This document shows, piece by piece, positions 19,292 to 29,254 of a stretch of 61,419 nt of DNA. The stretch is from positions 1 through 61,419 of IMG/VR virus record IMGVR_UViG_3300036881_000024. One strand, 5' to 3'. The stretch comes from a virus (Duplodnaviria; Caudoviricetes). Within the stretch, counting starts at the first letter, position 1; each line of letters starts with the position of its first letter. The translations under genes were made by a program, and so were the position numbers. Below the pieces are notes generated by a model, which was not told the origin of the DNA, searched no databases, and worked only from the letters and a program-made list of their open reading frames with translations.

Positions 19292-19534
19292 CTAAGACTG
19301 CATCGGCGCTGATGGCTGCTGCGGCGCACTGGGACTCGCCTGCGCGGACATCTGAATCGCCTGCACTATGTTTTGCACTGCTGCGTTGAGGGGTTCCTGT
19401 ACGGAGGTGTTCTGTGCCGCAACCTGCTTGAGCAGCATCGCAATCTTCCCCAGCGTTTCCGTCAGAGGGTTAGCAGGCTGCCCTCCGCCCGGTGGAGCGG
19501 TAGCAGCCTGCGGATTGGGCATTGACGTAGCCAT
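19292..19534 (-). CDS. Hypothetical protein (P/Q/A-rich)
   Basis: 80-aa ORF in the head operon. Confidence 0.6.
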   Translation of the reverse strand: MATSMPNPQAATAPPGGGQPANPLTETLGKIAMLLKQVAAQNTSVQEPLNAAVQNIVQAIQMSAQASPSAPQQPSAPMQS

Positions 19535-19547
19535 TGGGGGTCAGCTA

Positions 19548-19655
19548 CTACTTCTTCCCGTGCTTCCGACCACGGACCTTGCGACCGCGCTTTTTGCCAC
19601 GGCCCTTGTGCTCGCTGACGCCCTTGATGTGCATTCCCTTTTTGCCCTTTGCCAT
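19548..19655 (-). CDS. Protamine-like basic peptide (35 aa)
   Basis: MAKGKKGMHIKGVSEHKGRGKKRGRKVRGRKHGKK with RBS AAGGAG. Confidence 0.7.
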   Translation of the reverse strand: MAKGKKGMHIKGVSEHKGRGKKRGRKVRGRKHGKK

Positions 19656-19783
19656 GATGCTTCTCCTTTGGTTGAATTTCGCCCTAAAAAGCGAACGGCC
19701 CCAAAGCCATTCGCGCTCTGAGGCCGTTTCTGTCTCCAAAGGAGTGAAACTGGATTCTCGAATCGGTAATCTAAAATCAGACG

Positions 19784-20110
19784 TTACGCCGTATCCGGTT
19801 TCCTGTCAACACCATTATTTTCGAGACGAAATACCTGATCGGTCAAATCGTCGAGTTCGGAGCCTAGCTTTACCCGGCCATTTTGTTCCGTCAGAACGTT
19901 CACCACGCCCCCCTGATTGACGTTCACGTTGACCTTCCCCGTGACCCTACCGCGATGAATCATTGACTGGATATGAGCGATGGCTTCGGGGATGCGGTCC
20001 TTGTTGCGGAGAGCCACGGTTTCGCGGTAGGAAACGATTTTTTCCCGTTTGACTACTTCGATCCCAAGGTCTTTCTCGATCTGTGTGCGGGTGTCCAATG
20101 TTGCCTCCAA
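19784..20110 (-). CDS. Hypothetical protein
   Basis: 108-aa ORF directly after the portal gene. Confidence 0.55.
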   Translation of the reverse strand: MEATLDTRTQIEKDLGIEVVKREKIVSYRETVALRNKDRIPEAIAHIQSMIHRGRVTGKVNVNVNQGGVVNVLTEQNGRVKLGSELDDLTDQVFRLENNGVDRKPDTA

Positions 20111-20112
20111 AG

Positions 20113-22914
20113 CTACGAACTGGAATTGACTACGCGAACCTGTCCCGATTTACTGCCTTTTTGCTCTGGATGATGCGCCGTCTTGCCGGTTGGCTTGCGC
20201 CCACCACCCGCACCTTGCCCTTTGCCTTGGTCCGGCGGCGGCTCGATGCCGAGCGACTTCATCTTGTCCTGCACCGCCTTCGCCACTTCGAGTTTCCAGA
20301 TTTCATCGGCGAGCTGCTCTTCCTTCCACTTCTCATGCCGCACCTGATAATCGGGAACGCCGATCTTCTCCATTGTCGTTTCGAGGTCAACGGGAAGATG
20401 CTGTTGCACGATGTACATTTGGAGCATCCGCTCCTGAATGTGCGTCACGTTCAAAAGCTGTGCCGGCGTGTTGATTACGCGCATCCGCTCGCAGTACCAC
20501 TTCGCGCGTTCCTGCCGCGTGTGGGCGCTGGCGTTGCCTGTATCCTCGCCGGGGAGATGCGACGGAACCAGAGAATTGGGATCGTTGTCAAACGTCTCGA
20601 CTCCAACTCCCTCCGGGCCGATCATGTCCATAATCATCGACACGGTGAAATACTGAGCGATGTTGTATTTCAGCATCTCCGCGTCTTTAGAGTTCGCAAT
20701 CCACTGATTTACCGCGATGCCTTTTGCCACCGGACCAAGATTCTCGATGATCTTGTCCATCGCCTGGTCGCTCATGTTGCCCTTGACTTCGCGCATCGAA
20801 GCAATGTCCGTCAGACCGAGAGCAGCTTTGATGGATGACCGCAGCATTTCGACAGTCTTAAAATCCGTCTCGTCGATTTTCAGGGACTCCGGCAAGAGAG
20901 ATTTCGTCCACTTCGAAGGATCGCCCTTGCCGCCGATTCTCACGCCCTGAGCGTGAAGAAGATCGAGCTTGTCCATCTGCGTCCGAGAGACGCCGGTCGA
21001 AACGTCAGAGCCAAGCGGAGGGTCTTTCTCAATTGCCTTCACAGTGTTGATGTCGGATAGGCGGTCGCGGCTGGCAACCTCCAAGCCCCGAATGCCGCTC
21101 ACGATGGAGTAGCCCATCGGCGACCACACCCAATCGTTCACGTCATGCTGCGTGACTGGTATCTTGCCGTGCCAGTCAAAGGCGGTGTCGTCGTAAAGCG
21201 GGACCGGGCAAGACGGCGAAGTAATAACCAGCCGAAGTTGCGGGTACATCCGGCAATCGGCAATCTCAGCTTTCCGGCTCTGCGGCAATCTGTTTTGCGG
21301 ATTGACCGTCACGATCAGGTCGCCCAGCGAAGGCACTTGGTATCCCCACCTCGTTCCGTCTACGCCCATCTGCTGCATGTAGCCGGTATCGTTGATTCGC
21401 AAATCATGGACAAAGTGATAGCGCAGCTCGCAGTTTCCGGTGATAGTTATTACGTCACCCTGACGCATTAGCCACGTTCCTAGCCCCGTGGTCGGGCACC
21501 ACACGTCCTGCGTTTCGCATTCCTCTCGCTTGAACTCCGTTCTCCTGTGAGGGTTTTGGAATAACGAAAATGTCCTAGTTTCAGACCCTTCGCCTACCTT
21601 CCTCCCTATTCCGGTGGATATTCCCTCAAGGGCACAAGCCAACTTCATAGCGTCGTACACTGGCCCCGGAAGTTGCGCAAACGATTCGTAATGATATTCT
21701 CCATCACCATGCGTCCGGCTGTTCCCTTCGCCAAATAGCATCCCGAGAATGAATGCCCTTCTTTCCCCTGAAGTCATTTGAAGGACCATCTCAACAGCTT
21801 TGCCTTTACGGATATAGTTTCCGACATCGATACCCTGAAGGCCGGGACCACTGGGAGCAAGCGCGGATTGAATCAGAATCGAGGCGTTTGAACAGTCGTC
21901 AATGGTTGCGAATTCTGAAGTTTCCCTGTAGAACTGCTCTGGCCGATTTTTCCTTGACTTTAGCGACGCCCTTTTCCGCACCACCCAGCGATGGTGGCGA
22001 GTGCATCGAACTGAGAATTTACTGCTCTTATACCAGTAGACTTTCTGTTCTGGGAAAACGTTGATGGCGTTCAACTTCGTCCACTCGCACCTGCGTGTGG
22101 TTTGGTTGTATCCCATGACCTCTTGGCCGATGACTAGTTCATCGTGCTTCTTCCATCCGTCCTTGGTAAGAATCTCCGAATCAAGCGGAACACAATATTT
22201 CTCGACCCAATCGGAATTACTTGACCCGCCGAATCTCCACCTGTCATAGAACTCGTACCGGCGAAGCATGTTCGGAGTTACGTTGACTCCCGTTCGCGCA
22301 TACTGCGAAATCGGCGTGAGCCATTGCTGGAATCGCGGGAACCGCGCGTGCGCTTCGGCGAGGCCCATCGGGAACACAATCGTCCCCGCATAACCATCGT
22401 CCAAGTCGCCGTTGTGCGGAAGCTGGTCCGGTAAGAATTCCCTCGGCCCCAGAGCTTCAAATTTCATCTTCGCCACGCCGCCGTTGTGCCACGGGCGAGA
22501 GAACTTCTGCCACTTGTAGCCGCGACCAAGCATGGCCCATTGAAGAGCTTTACGAGTATTCGGAACGTAGAGCGAATCCCAAAACACGAACTTGAAAATG
22601 TCGTTATAGAGCGCGACGGTTTTCTTTGACTGCTCCGCCTTCGATCCCATCGTCGCAATCTGGCGGAGGTCGGTAATCGTTTCGATGAATGAGCGGATGT
22701 CCGGCTGGAGAAGGTTCGATGGCATATCCCGGTCTTGGCCGGTGCCCATCAAAAGCTGAATGTCGTTTGTGAGGTTCGCAATACCGGGTTGATTCTGGAC
22801 CCAGGCATCGCCAGTCGCAACGAGGTCGGCCATCCAGCCAGCGATTTGGTATCTCGGCGTCTCACGCGGCGGGGCTTGCCAAGATAAAACCTTCCCATCG
22901 TCCTCACGCAGCAT
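20113..22914 (-). CDS. Portal protein, intein-containing
   Basis: Lies between terminase and scaffold; about 680 aa after intein removal; RBS GAGGTG before ATG 22914. Confidence 0.75.
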   Translation of the reverse strand: MLREDDGKVLSWQAPPRETPRYQIAGWMADLVATGDAWVQNQPGIANLTNDIQLLMGTGQDRDMPSNLLQPDIRSFIETITDLRQIATMGSKAEQSKKTVALYNDIFKFVFWDSLYVPNTRKALQWAMLGRGYKWQKFSRPWHNGGVAKMKFEALGPREFLPDQLPHNGDLDDGYAGTIVFPMGLAEAHARFPRFQQWLTPISQYARTGVNVTPNMLRRYEFYDRWRFGGSSNSDWVEKYCVPLDSEILTKDGWKKHDELVIGQEVMGYNQTTRRCEWTKLNAINVFPEQKVYWYKSSKFSVRCTRHHRWVVRKRASLKSRKNRPEQFYRETSEFATIDDCSNASILIQSALAPSGPGLQGIDVGNYIRKGKAVEMVLQMTSGERRAFILGMLFGEGNSRTHGDGEYHYESFAQLPGPVYDAMKLACALEGISTGIGRKVGEGSETRTFSLFQNPHRRTEFKREECETQDVWCPTTGLGTWLMRQGDVITITGNCELRYHFVHDLRINDTGYMQQMGVDGTRWGYQVPSLGDLIVTVNPQNRLPQSRKAEIADCRMYPQLRLVITSPSCPVPLYDDTAFDWHGKIPVTQHDVNDWVWSPMGYSIVSGIRGLEVASRDRLSDINTVKAIEKDPPLGSDVSTGVSRTQMDKLDLLHAQGVRIGGKGDPSKWTKSLLPESLKIDETDFKTVEMLRSSIKAALGLTDIASMREVKGNMSDQAMDKIIENLGPVAKGIAVNQWIANSKDAEMLKYNIAQYFTVSMIMDMIGPEGVGVETFDNDPNSLVPSHLPGEDTGNASAHTRQERAKWYCERMRVINTPAQLLNVTHIQERMLQMYIVQQHLPVDLETTMEKIGVPDYQVRHEKWKEEQLADEIWKLEVAKAVQDKMKSLGIEPPPDQGKGQGAGGGRKPTGKTAHHPEQKGSKSGQVRVVNSSS
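21433..22194 (-). mobile_element. Intein (254 aa) in the portal, with a degenerate LAGLIDADG-like core
   Basis: Starts CVPLDSEILTKDGW, block B CTRHHRW, core RAFILGMLFGEG, ends VWCPTTGLGTWLMRQGDVITITGN followed by +1 Cys. Confidence 0.9.
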
Positions 22915-23668
22915 ATAGCACCTCATACTTTATAATTGAAGTGCCCTTCTTTGAATTACATACGCCACATAGCGGCTGCAAATTCTCAATCGTGTTTGAG
23001 CCGCCTTTAATCAGTGGAACAATATGATCGACGGTCAGCTTTATTTCTGGTTCCCGTTTACCGCAGCAGAGGCAGCGATGCTCGCAGTATTCAACAAGCG
23101 CGGTCCATTCTTGGGCGGTGAAATTTCCCCTTATCCTAGCCGCCGCCTTGCGCTTCCGATTCGCCTTCCTGCTCACTTCTCTATGGGCGTGTTTCCACAC
23201 AGCCTTTACGGCCTTATCTTGAACCTTTCTCTCCGCGTCTCTAGCAGCAAGACGAGCCTTCTCTATCTCATTTTTGTGCTTCTTCTGATCGGCGTCTCTC
23301 TTTGCGTACCATTCGCGGTTCTTTTGGCGAAAAGACTCTTTCCTCTCTTCGGACGCAGACTTCCACGCTCTCTGGTAGGAATTCTCGGCTTCCCTATCCG
23401 CAGGAGTCATGCTCTTCCGTCTCGCCCTGGCATGGTCTTGCTTTTGCTTGTTTCTTGCATCCTTTTTATCTGATACAAGATTCCGATGCCAAAGTCTATT
23501 TCTTTCGCGGAAATGCTCGATTCGTTTAGGGTCATGATAACGACGACGCGCACCCTCTTTATCTTCGGCGCGAGCTTTCTCCAGTTCCTCTGGAGTCATA
23601 TCGGCTCGGCGCTTCTTGCGCCAATTTGCTTGCCAGCTAAGGACGCGCTCTGGCTCTTCAATCCTCAC
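22904..23668 (-). CDS. Free-standing HNH endonuclease
   Basis: CLCCG...LTVDHIVPLIKGGSNTIENLQPLCGVCNSKKG, preceded by basic helical repeats. Confidence 0.9.
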   Translation of the reverse strand: MRIEEPERVLSWQANWRKKRRADMTPEELEKARAEDKEGARRRYHDPKRIEHFRERNRLWHRNLVSDKKDARNKQKQDHARARRKSMTPADREAENSYQRAWKSASEERKESFRQKNREWYAKRDADQKKHKNEIEKARLAARDAERKVQDKAVKAVWKHAHREVSRKANRKRKAAARIRGNFTAQEWTALVEYCEHRCLCCGKREPEIKLTVDHIVPLIKGGSNTIENLQPLCGVCNSKKGTSIIKYEVLYAA

Positions 23669-24129
23669 TGGCTCAATCTCCCCGCTCGCCCATCCTTCAC
23701 GATGCGCGTATCATCGCCGCCCTGCTCGTACCGCTCTGCCGCCAGTTGAGGTATAGCCCTCATCCGCTGGCTCAGGATGCGCTCGTAGAGCTTGTCCTGC
23801 GCGTCCAGCATCCGCAGGTTCACATCGCGGTTGAATTGGTCCAGATGCGCGTTGCGTGCGATTACCGCGTCACGCACAGCTTTGCGGAAACCGCGCTCGC
23901 GTTCGAGCTTCGAGACTGCGGCCCGTTCTTCGTCTTCGATGTGCTGTTGGCGGTACTGATCCATGAAGCGGTCGAGGTCTGAGGCGTGCAGGCACTCGAT
24001 AGTCTCGTAGCGGATACCCGGCGGGACGTGCAGCGGGGGTGCGCCAGCCACGCCGAAGGATAAAATCCTTCCGCTGTCCAAATCCTTGTAGACTACGGTG
24101 CGCTCTTTGCCTGTTAACTGGACGCTCAT
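23665..24129 (-). CDS. Hypothetical protein
   Basis: ATG 24129 is preceded by a TTGCCG-17 nt-TAAAGT promoter-like element. Confidence 0.6.
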   Translation of the reverse strand: MSVQLTGKERTVVYKDLDSGRILSFGVAGAPPLHVPPGIRYETIECLHASDLDRFMDQYRQQHIEDEERAAVSKLERERGFRKAVRDAVIARNAHLDQFNRDVNLRMLDAQDKLYERILSQRMRAIPQLAAERYEQGGDDTRIVKDGRAGRLSQ

Positions 24130-24228
24130 GCTGAAACAAACTTTACATCGTCGGAGAGCAAACGGCAAGATATAATGGGGCTGTGGATGTTTGAGCATCC
24201 GCACATCTCAGGCTTTAGGGAGCCGTCA

Positions 24229-24432
24229 ATGCCAACCCCATCTGACAAAGTGTACAACGCCAAAGAGCGTGCGCGTGCTGCCGTGCGCAAATATCATGCT
24301 TCCCACAGAGAAGAGAAGAACGCATATTCGCGCAAATACTACAAAGCAAATCGGGAAAAGATACTCGCGCAAAAAGTGGAGATATTGCTTGCTGCCATTG
24401 AATACCTTTCAGTAGCCCGGAACAAGGATTGA
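24229..24432 (+). pseudogene. Internally deleted homing endonuclease relic (endonuclease VII-like ends)
   Basis: Basic N-terminus (RKYYKANREKIL) joined directly to C-terminal LLAAIEYL, with no catalytic core; antisense to terL. Confidence 0.55.
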
Positions 24433-26583
24433 CCTTTCGGACCACCCATCTTCGAGAGCCTTCTTGATCCGCGGTTCCAGCGGCCACCTAGACTGAATTC
24501 TCTGAGCGGAGTTTTCGTCATCGTGTAGTGCCGTCCAACATAACGCATCTCCGAATATCCCGTCGTCGTGCTGTCCGACTTCATGTTCCATGCGAGCGGC
24601 TGCGCTTCTCCCTTCGCTTGCATCGAACTTGCGAACGAACGTGGCTAATTGGCGAATGGAAATCGGATCATTTAATATCAACCATCCAGTGTTAACCGCA
24701 TCGACGTACCGACTCAGAAGAATCGCTCGCGTATAGGTCCGCGTGAACCATCCCTCCTGAGTTCCCTTGTTCGGGTCGATATTTCCTTTCGAGTCGTAGC
24801 GGTGCATGATGTGGTGATCGAGAAATCCCATGATCTTGAGTTGGTGCATACACTCGTCACCGGGCTTGCGTACCTGCTCAATGATGAATCTCGCCAGCAA
24901 GGGATTCGATGAAATAACATTTCCCCTGCCATCGCTCCCATACAACACGGCTACAGCAGCAGCGATACGCGCCATCTGGGGGGAATTCACGCGGAGAGAA
25001 TTGAAACTTGCCACAATTATGTCGGGGTCGCGGCTGTGTCCGTATTTGCTCACCCGTAGCGCCGATCGATCTTCGTTGGGCTGATTGAGCCCATGCGCAG
25101 TGTCAATCGAGATCGCGTACTCCGCCCCTGGTTGCGGCTCCTCAAAGATCAGCAGCTTGTCGAAGCATGGCTCGTCAGTCGAATCGTCGAACTGGCGCAG
25201 CGGCACAAGGCTCCAGCGGTATTGGTTGTCGTCCAGACCAGTCCAGTCGAGCACGATGTTCGGCTCGTTCGGATTCACGTCCACAGGATCGGGCTCGTAA
25301 GGCTTGTTCTCATTGCCCATCAAGATCGTGCGGCCTGTGATCGCGTAAGCCGCGTAGTTCTTTTCCCGCGCATCGGTTACCAGCGTGATCGTTTCCTGTG
25401 TGAACACCGGATCGTCTTTCGACTGGAAAGCATCTACCGGGGTGACGGCGTTGGCGGCGAGGAATTCCCGCTCCGTGTGTCCAGCGATTGCCTCTTCGTA
25501 GCCGCACTGCCAGAACCACTGAAACTCTTTAGGCATCTCCCAACGCTGGCCCAGCACTTTCCAGAGATAGTCCGTCGAGCGAACGTAAAGCTCTCCCCTG
25601 CGCCGCATCTTGCGCGTAGCGTCCGTTACGTGCTCGTTCCATGGCTCGGGGACCGGATGCTGCCGCAACCACGACTCCGGCGGGTACAGGTCTGTCGCAC
25701 AGGCCGGGGGGATGAAGAATGCCTTGAACCGGCCACGACCCGATGAGTAGAGTTCCCACTTCTCTTTCTGCCACGTCGTAGCCGTCGAACCCGTTCCTTC
25801 AAGCACCATGAAAAGCGACGGCAGTTGATGACACGCGGGAAACAGACCTTCGTCCAGCGTATGCGCCGGGTTCGTATAGTCGCCCAGCTCTGAGATATGA
25901 ATACATGAGGGCGAATCACCCTGCGCGATACCGACTTCCTGCGCGCCAGCTTGAACCGAAAGACGAGAGCCATTCGTCCAGCGCGGCTCAGTGACTTTGA
26001 TAGACGACTGCGGAACGCGGAGCCAGAACGGAAGCCGCTCCTGACAGGTGTCGATCATGTTCTTCAACTTCTGCGATTGCGGAACCTGCACAGACGCCAT
26101 GACCGCGTAGGTGTTCGCAACGTAGAGAATCCGGTGCAGGAAGAACAGAGCCGTGACCGTCGAGACGCCCAACTGCCGCGCCTTCAAAATGAAAAGCTGA
26201 ATCGCTATCTGGAGGTCGTCGCACTCAGCAAGGAACGCGAGAAAGATTTTCTGAGCGAGCCGGAAGTCGAAGTGAACGATCTGCGTGTTCGCGGCGCGGA
26301 TGAAAGCGTAGCGGGTGACGAAATACTCAGCCGAGGCGAAGCTCAGGAACCGTTCGTTGGTGATCCATCGCTTGATCTTTTTGACTGTCGCCGGTGAGGG
26401 AGATTTTTCGTCCTTCCAGAAGAAGTACGACCGCGCTCCGGTTTTTGATTGCGACATATCCGCATACTTCGCTATCTCCTCAACCATGTGATCGCACTCG
26501 CCGACCGAGTGCATCTGCGGCTCCCAGCCGTTGCGCAGTTCAAAGTCTCGGATTGTAGCGGCGACGACCTTATCGCTGTACAT
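24409..26583 (-). CDS. terL: Terminase large subunit
   Basis: ILKARQLGVST (Walker A region), IHISELG (Walker B), ISIDTAHG and HDDGIFG nuclease aspartates. Confidence 0.9.
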   Translation of the reverse strand: MYSDKVVAATIRDFELRNGWEPQMHSVGECDHMVEEIAKYADMSQSKTGARSYFFWKDEKSPSPATVKKIKRWITNERFLSFASAEYFVTRYAFIRAANTQIVHFDFRLAQKIFLAFLAECDDLQIAIQLFILKARQLGVSTVTALFFLHRILYVANTYAVMASVQVPQSQKLKNMIDTCQERLPFWLRVPQSSIKVTEPRWTNGSRLSVQAGAQEVGIAQGDSPSCIHISELGDYTNPAHTLDEGLFPACHQLPSLFMVLEGTGSTATTWQKEKWELYSSGRGRFKAFFIPPACATDLYPPESWLRQHPVPEPWNEHVTDATRKMRRRGELYVRSTDYLWKVLGQRWEMPKEFQWFWQCGYEEAIAGHTEREFLAANAVTPVDAFQSKDDPVFTQETITLVTDAREKNYAAYAITGRTILMGNENKPYEPDPVDVNPNEPNIVLDWTGLDDNQYRWSLVPLRQFDDSTDEPCFDKLLIFEEPQPGAEYAISIDTAHGLNQPNEDRSALRVSKYGHSRDPDIIVASFNSLRVNSPQMARIAAAVAVLYGSDGRGNVISSNPLLARFIIEQVRKPGDECMHQLKIMGFLDHHIMHRYDSKGNIDPNKGTQEGWFTRTYTRAILLSRYVDAVNTGWLILNDPISIRQLATFVRKFDASEGRSAAARMEHEVGQHDDGIFGDALCWTALHDDENSAQRIQSRWPLEPRIKKALEDGWSERSILVPGY

Positions 26584-27050
26584 CGGTTCCCTGCGGTTTG
26601 AAGCAACGCGCGATGTGCGAGGAAAGCGGAAAGGGAATCTTTGCGATCATGGCGGATGCGGCCTTGCGGGAATCTGATTTGCTTCCAAATCTTCGACCGA
26701 GTGTATTTTTTCCCAGCGGTTGTCCGTTCGGCGTAAATCCCTTAACGCCGTCTTCTGTGACTTTGAACTCTTCCCGGTATCGCTGTGCGGCGGTCACGTT
26801 GAATCCCTGCGGCTTGTAATCGGGGTCGCCGTGCCTGCTCCAGTTCATACCGGGAACCTTGCGGCCATCATTTTCACGCTGGCTCGTCAGATGCGCCCCT
26901 TTCCCGCCGTTGCGCCTCGGGTCCGAATAGCCGACAATCCTCTGGTGATTTATTGGCGGCATCAGCGCCGGCACATCACCCCACAGGTAGAAGCTGCCGT
27001 AGTGCCACCGTGCATTTCCGACCCACTTCTGCGCCCCGCGAACGCTCTCG
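26570..27050 (-). pseudogene. C5-cytosine methyltransferase, C-terminal fragment
   Basis: VESVRGAQKWVG (ENV motif altered to ESV)...AASAMIAKIPFPLSSHIAR; no start of its own. Confidence 0.6.
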
Positions 27051-27051
27051 A

Positions 27052-27852
27052 CTACACTCCGCACATTCCTTCGCACTCGTTCTCAAACAGGTTTATCTGC
27101 GCATCTTTGTTGGCAGTGAAGTTGACTTGGTCAATGGGGATTAGCGATGGGTGTAAGAACAGTCCAGTTCTGTGATTATCATTCGTTGCCACCGCTCTCT
27201 CGAAGGCCACCGCTCTCTCGAAGGCTTGCGGTTCCTGATCCTGCAGGCGCTTCCATTCTTCATTTGAATGATAAGGGCAGAACACGCAAGCTGATCTCGG
27301 AGGTTGCGGAAAACCGCGCCGCTGCATCCAGTTCAAGCAATCAGTCCGACTTATTGCAGCTTCAATCAACGGCCAGCGATTCTCTTGCCAAGGCTCCCGG
27401 CTGTCCTTCATGCGGGTCGCTTCGTTAGTAGAAATACCTATCCACTGGATAATACCCACGGTCTTTTGGCCGCGCTTTATGCCGCCGATCTCACGCGCCT
27501 TCTTGGAAATCGGTGCGATCTTGTAATCGTAGGTGCATTGACGACGTGGCACCTGACCCTTTTTGCCGTTCACCGACGTGAAATAGGGAAGGCCCTGCTT
27601 GATATAGGTGTGCCCATCTTTGGCGGTTCTACGGCGAGTCATATCGCTTTCCAGATGGCCCTTAGAGACACGGTACACGGGAAACGGTAATTGCTTCTCC
27701 AGCCAATCCAGCCAGATATAGACGCTGTTTGGCTCGGCCTGTGTATCCGCAAAGATCGCAGCGTCAGGCATCGGCGTAATCTCACCGGCAGCAGCCATCA
27801 GCGCCATCGTGCTCGACTGGACCCCTGCTCCGAGGCTGATTATGTGCTTCAT
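27052..27852 (-). CDS. PAPS reductase-like (PP-loop) protein
   Basis: ISLGAGVQSS, IFADTQAE, RQCTYDYKIAPI, WIGISTNE, PPRSACVFCPY, ECEGMCGV. Confidence 0.8.
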   Translation of the reverse strand: MKHIISLGAGVQSSTMALMAAAGEITPMPDAAIFADTQAEPNSVYIWLDWLEKQLPFPVYRVSKGHLESDMTRRRTAKDGHTYIKQGLPYFTSVNGKKGQVPRRQCTYDYKIAPISKKAREIGGIKRGQKTVGIIQWIGISTNEATRMKDSREPWQENRWPLIEAAISRTDCLNWMQRRGFPQPPRSACVFCPYHSNEEWKRLQDQEPQAFERAVAFERAVATNDNHRTGLFLHPSLIPIDQVNFTANKDAQINLFENECEGMCGV

Positions 27853-27877
27853 TTGCTTCCCTCCCCGTTCTCCCACC

Positions 27878-28078
27878 TCACTGCTCGGTCGGTTTTCCGG
27901 TTATCACTTCGGCTCCGCTAACGTGAGCTTGGATGTAGCCATTGCTGTTTCCGATATTGAGAAGCGATTCCAGTTCAGCATTCTCGACATCAAAGGTGCG
28001 CATTGTCACCTGCACAGGACCGCCAACATTAGCAGCCATTCCAGCATCCGCCACGGTTACACAAATACGAACCATCAC
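27878..28078 (-). CDS. Hypothetical protein
   Basis: 66 aa with RBS GAAGGGAG. Confidence 0.55.
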   Translation of the reverse strand: MMVRICVTVADAGMAANVGGPVQVTMRTFDVENAELESLLNIGNSNGYIQAHVSGAEVITGKPTEQ

Positions 28079-28250
28079 TCGCTCCCTTCCTTCATGCCAC
28101 GGCGTAACTCGGCCAGACGTGCTTGCTCGACGGCTAGGATGCGGGATGCCGCATCTGGAATAGAAATCCGCAATAACTTCTCACTGAGCCAAGTAATCTC
28201 TTCCTCGACCTCGGAAATCTCCTGCTCACGCTGGACGGTGAAGGCGCGGA
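28075..28250 (-). pseudogene. C-terminal fragment paralogous to 47412..47786
   Basis: AFTVQREQEI..EEITWL...EQARLAELRRGMK versus QFTEAREKEI..EDIGWL...EQAALDELRRGMK. Confidence 0.65.
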
Positions 28251-28448
28251 CGGCGAAGCTACGATACACGCCGCATCTTTGCACTCCTCGCCAGTGATTG
28301 ATCGCACATCTCTGAGGATCAGCGTGCCGGGATAGCCCCCGGTCCCGTAATCGTGCGCCTCAATGTCATATCCAGTCACGTCGTACCCCTCGGCGAGAAA
28401 TCCTTCCGCCCAGCCGCCTAGTCCGCAATAGAGGTCGTAGACTTTCAC
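28250..28448 (-). pseudogene. C5-cytosine methyltransferase, N-terminal fragment
   Basis: Motif I VYDLYCGLGGW; breaks at IVASP just before the expected catalytic PC. Confidence 0.7.
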
Positions 28449-29254
28449 TTCCCGCCCTCCAATAGCTTATGTTTATCCGCACTCCACGTTTTCACTTCAT
28501 CGCCCAGCGGCGGAAACGCCTCGTCCCATGCTTCGTCGGCGTCCGAGTCTTCATCGCGCTCTTCCGCTGGCCGTCCCAGCCCGAAGTTAATATTCACTTC
28601 GCCGCCCTTCTTCGACGGCAGAAATCCGACCGCTTCGTGCATGATCCGCTGCGCCGCCACGTCGCCATGATCGTAGCGCAAGACTTTTCCCTCCTCATCG
28701 AAGACCGGCTTGCCGCCCACTAGGACCGGGGTTCCCTCGGTGGCGGCGTCCACCGTCGCCTGTACTACCTCTGGATGGGCCAGAATTGCCTTGAGGGCCG
28801 ATTCCTGAGCCTTCATAGACCTAGCGGCTACCACTACGGCCCCCATGAGCGCTACGGGACTTACTCGGGCTCTGACACACATCGCCTCAAACGATAGTTG
28901 CTTCAGGTCAAGCGCACGAATCTTGCGGATGGCATTCATAAATGTCACGGCCACGGGATCATTCGAGACAGCGGCAAACGACAGGATGCGCTGGCGGGGG
29001 AGATTCTTTCCGCCTCCAAGACACCGGGTAAGGATTTCGGCGGGCTCGCGGGGCATGAGCGCCACTTCTGCAGGGTCGATGTCGAGACGGCGGAGAATGG
29101 CCGTTGACTCTCTGGACCCGCCGCTACGAGCGAGCGCCGATCCTTCTGGCGAACGCTTCGACTGGATCTTCCCGCGGCTCGAAGTTGTTGTACTCTTCAC
29201 GGCTTTGCGGGAGCGCACGATCTCCAACCCGGCTGATGGTGGCTTCGACTTCAT
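28445..29254 (-). CDS. Hypothetical protein, candidate terminase small subunit (start uncertain)
   Basis: Helical protein with an acidic tail upstream of terL; its 5' part overlaps 29124..29348. Confidence 0.4.
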   Translation of the reverse strand: MKSKPPSAGLEIVRSRKAVKSTTTSSRGKIQSKRSPEGSALARSGGSRESTAILRRLDIDPAEVALMPREPAEILTRCLGGGKNLPRQRILSFAAVSNDPVAVTFMNAIRKIRALDLKQLSFEAMCVRARVSPVALMGAVVVAARSMKAQESALKAILAHPEVVQATVDAATEGTPVLVGGKPVFDEEGKVLRYDHGDVAAQRIMHEAVGFLPSKKGGEVNINFGLGRPAEERDEDSDADEAWDEAFPPLGDEVKTWSADKHKLLEGGK

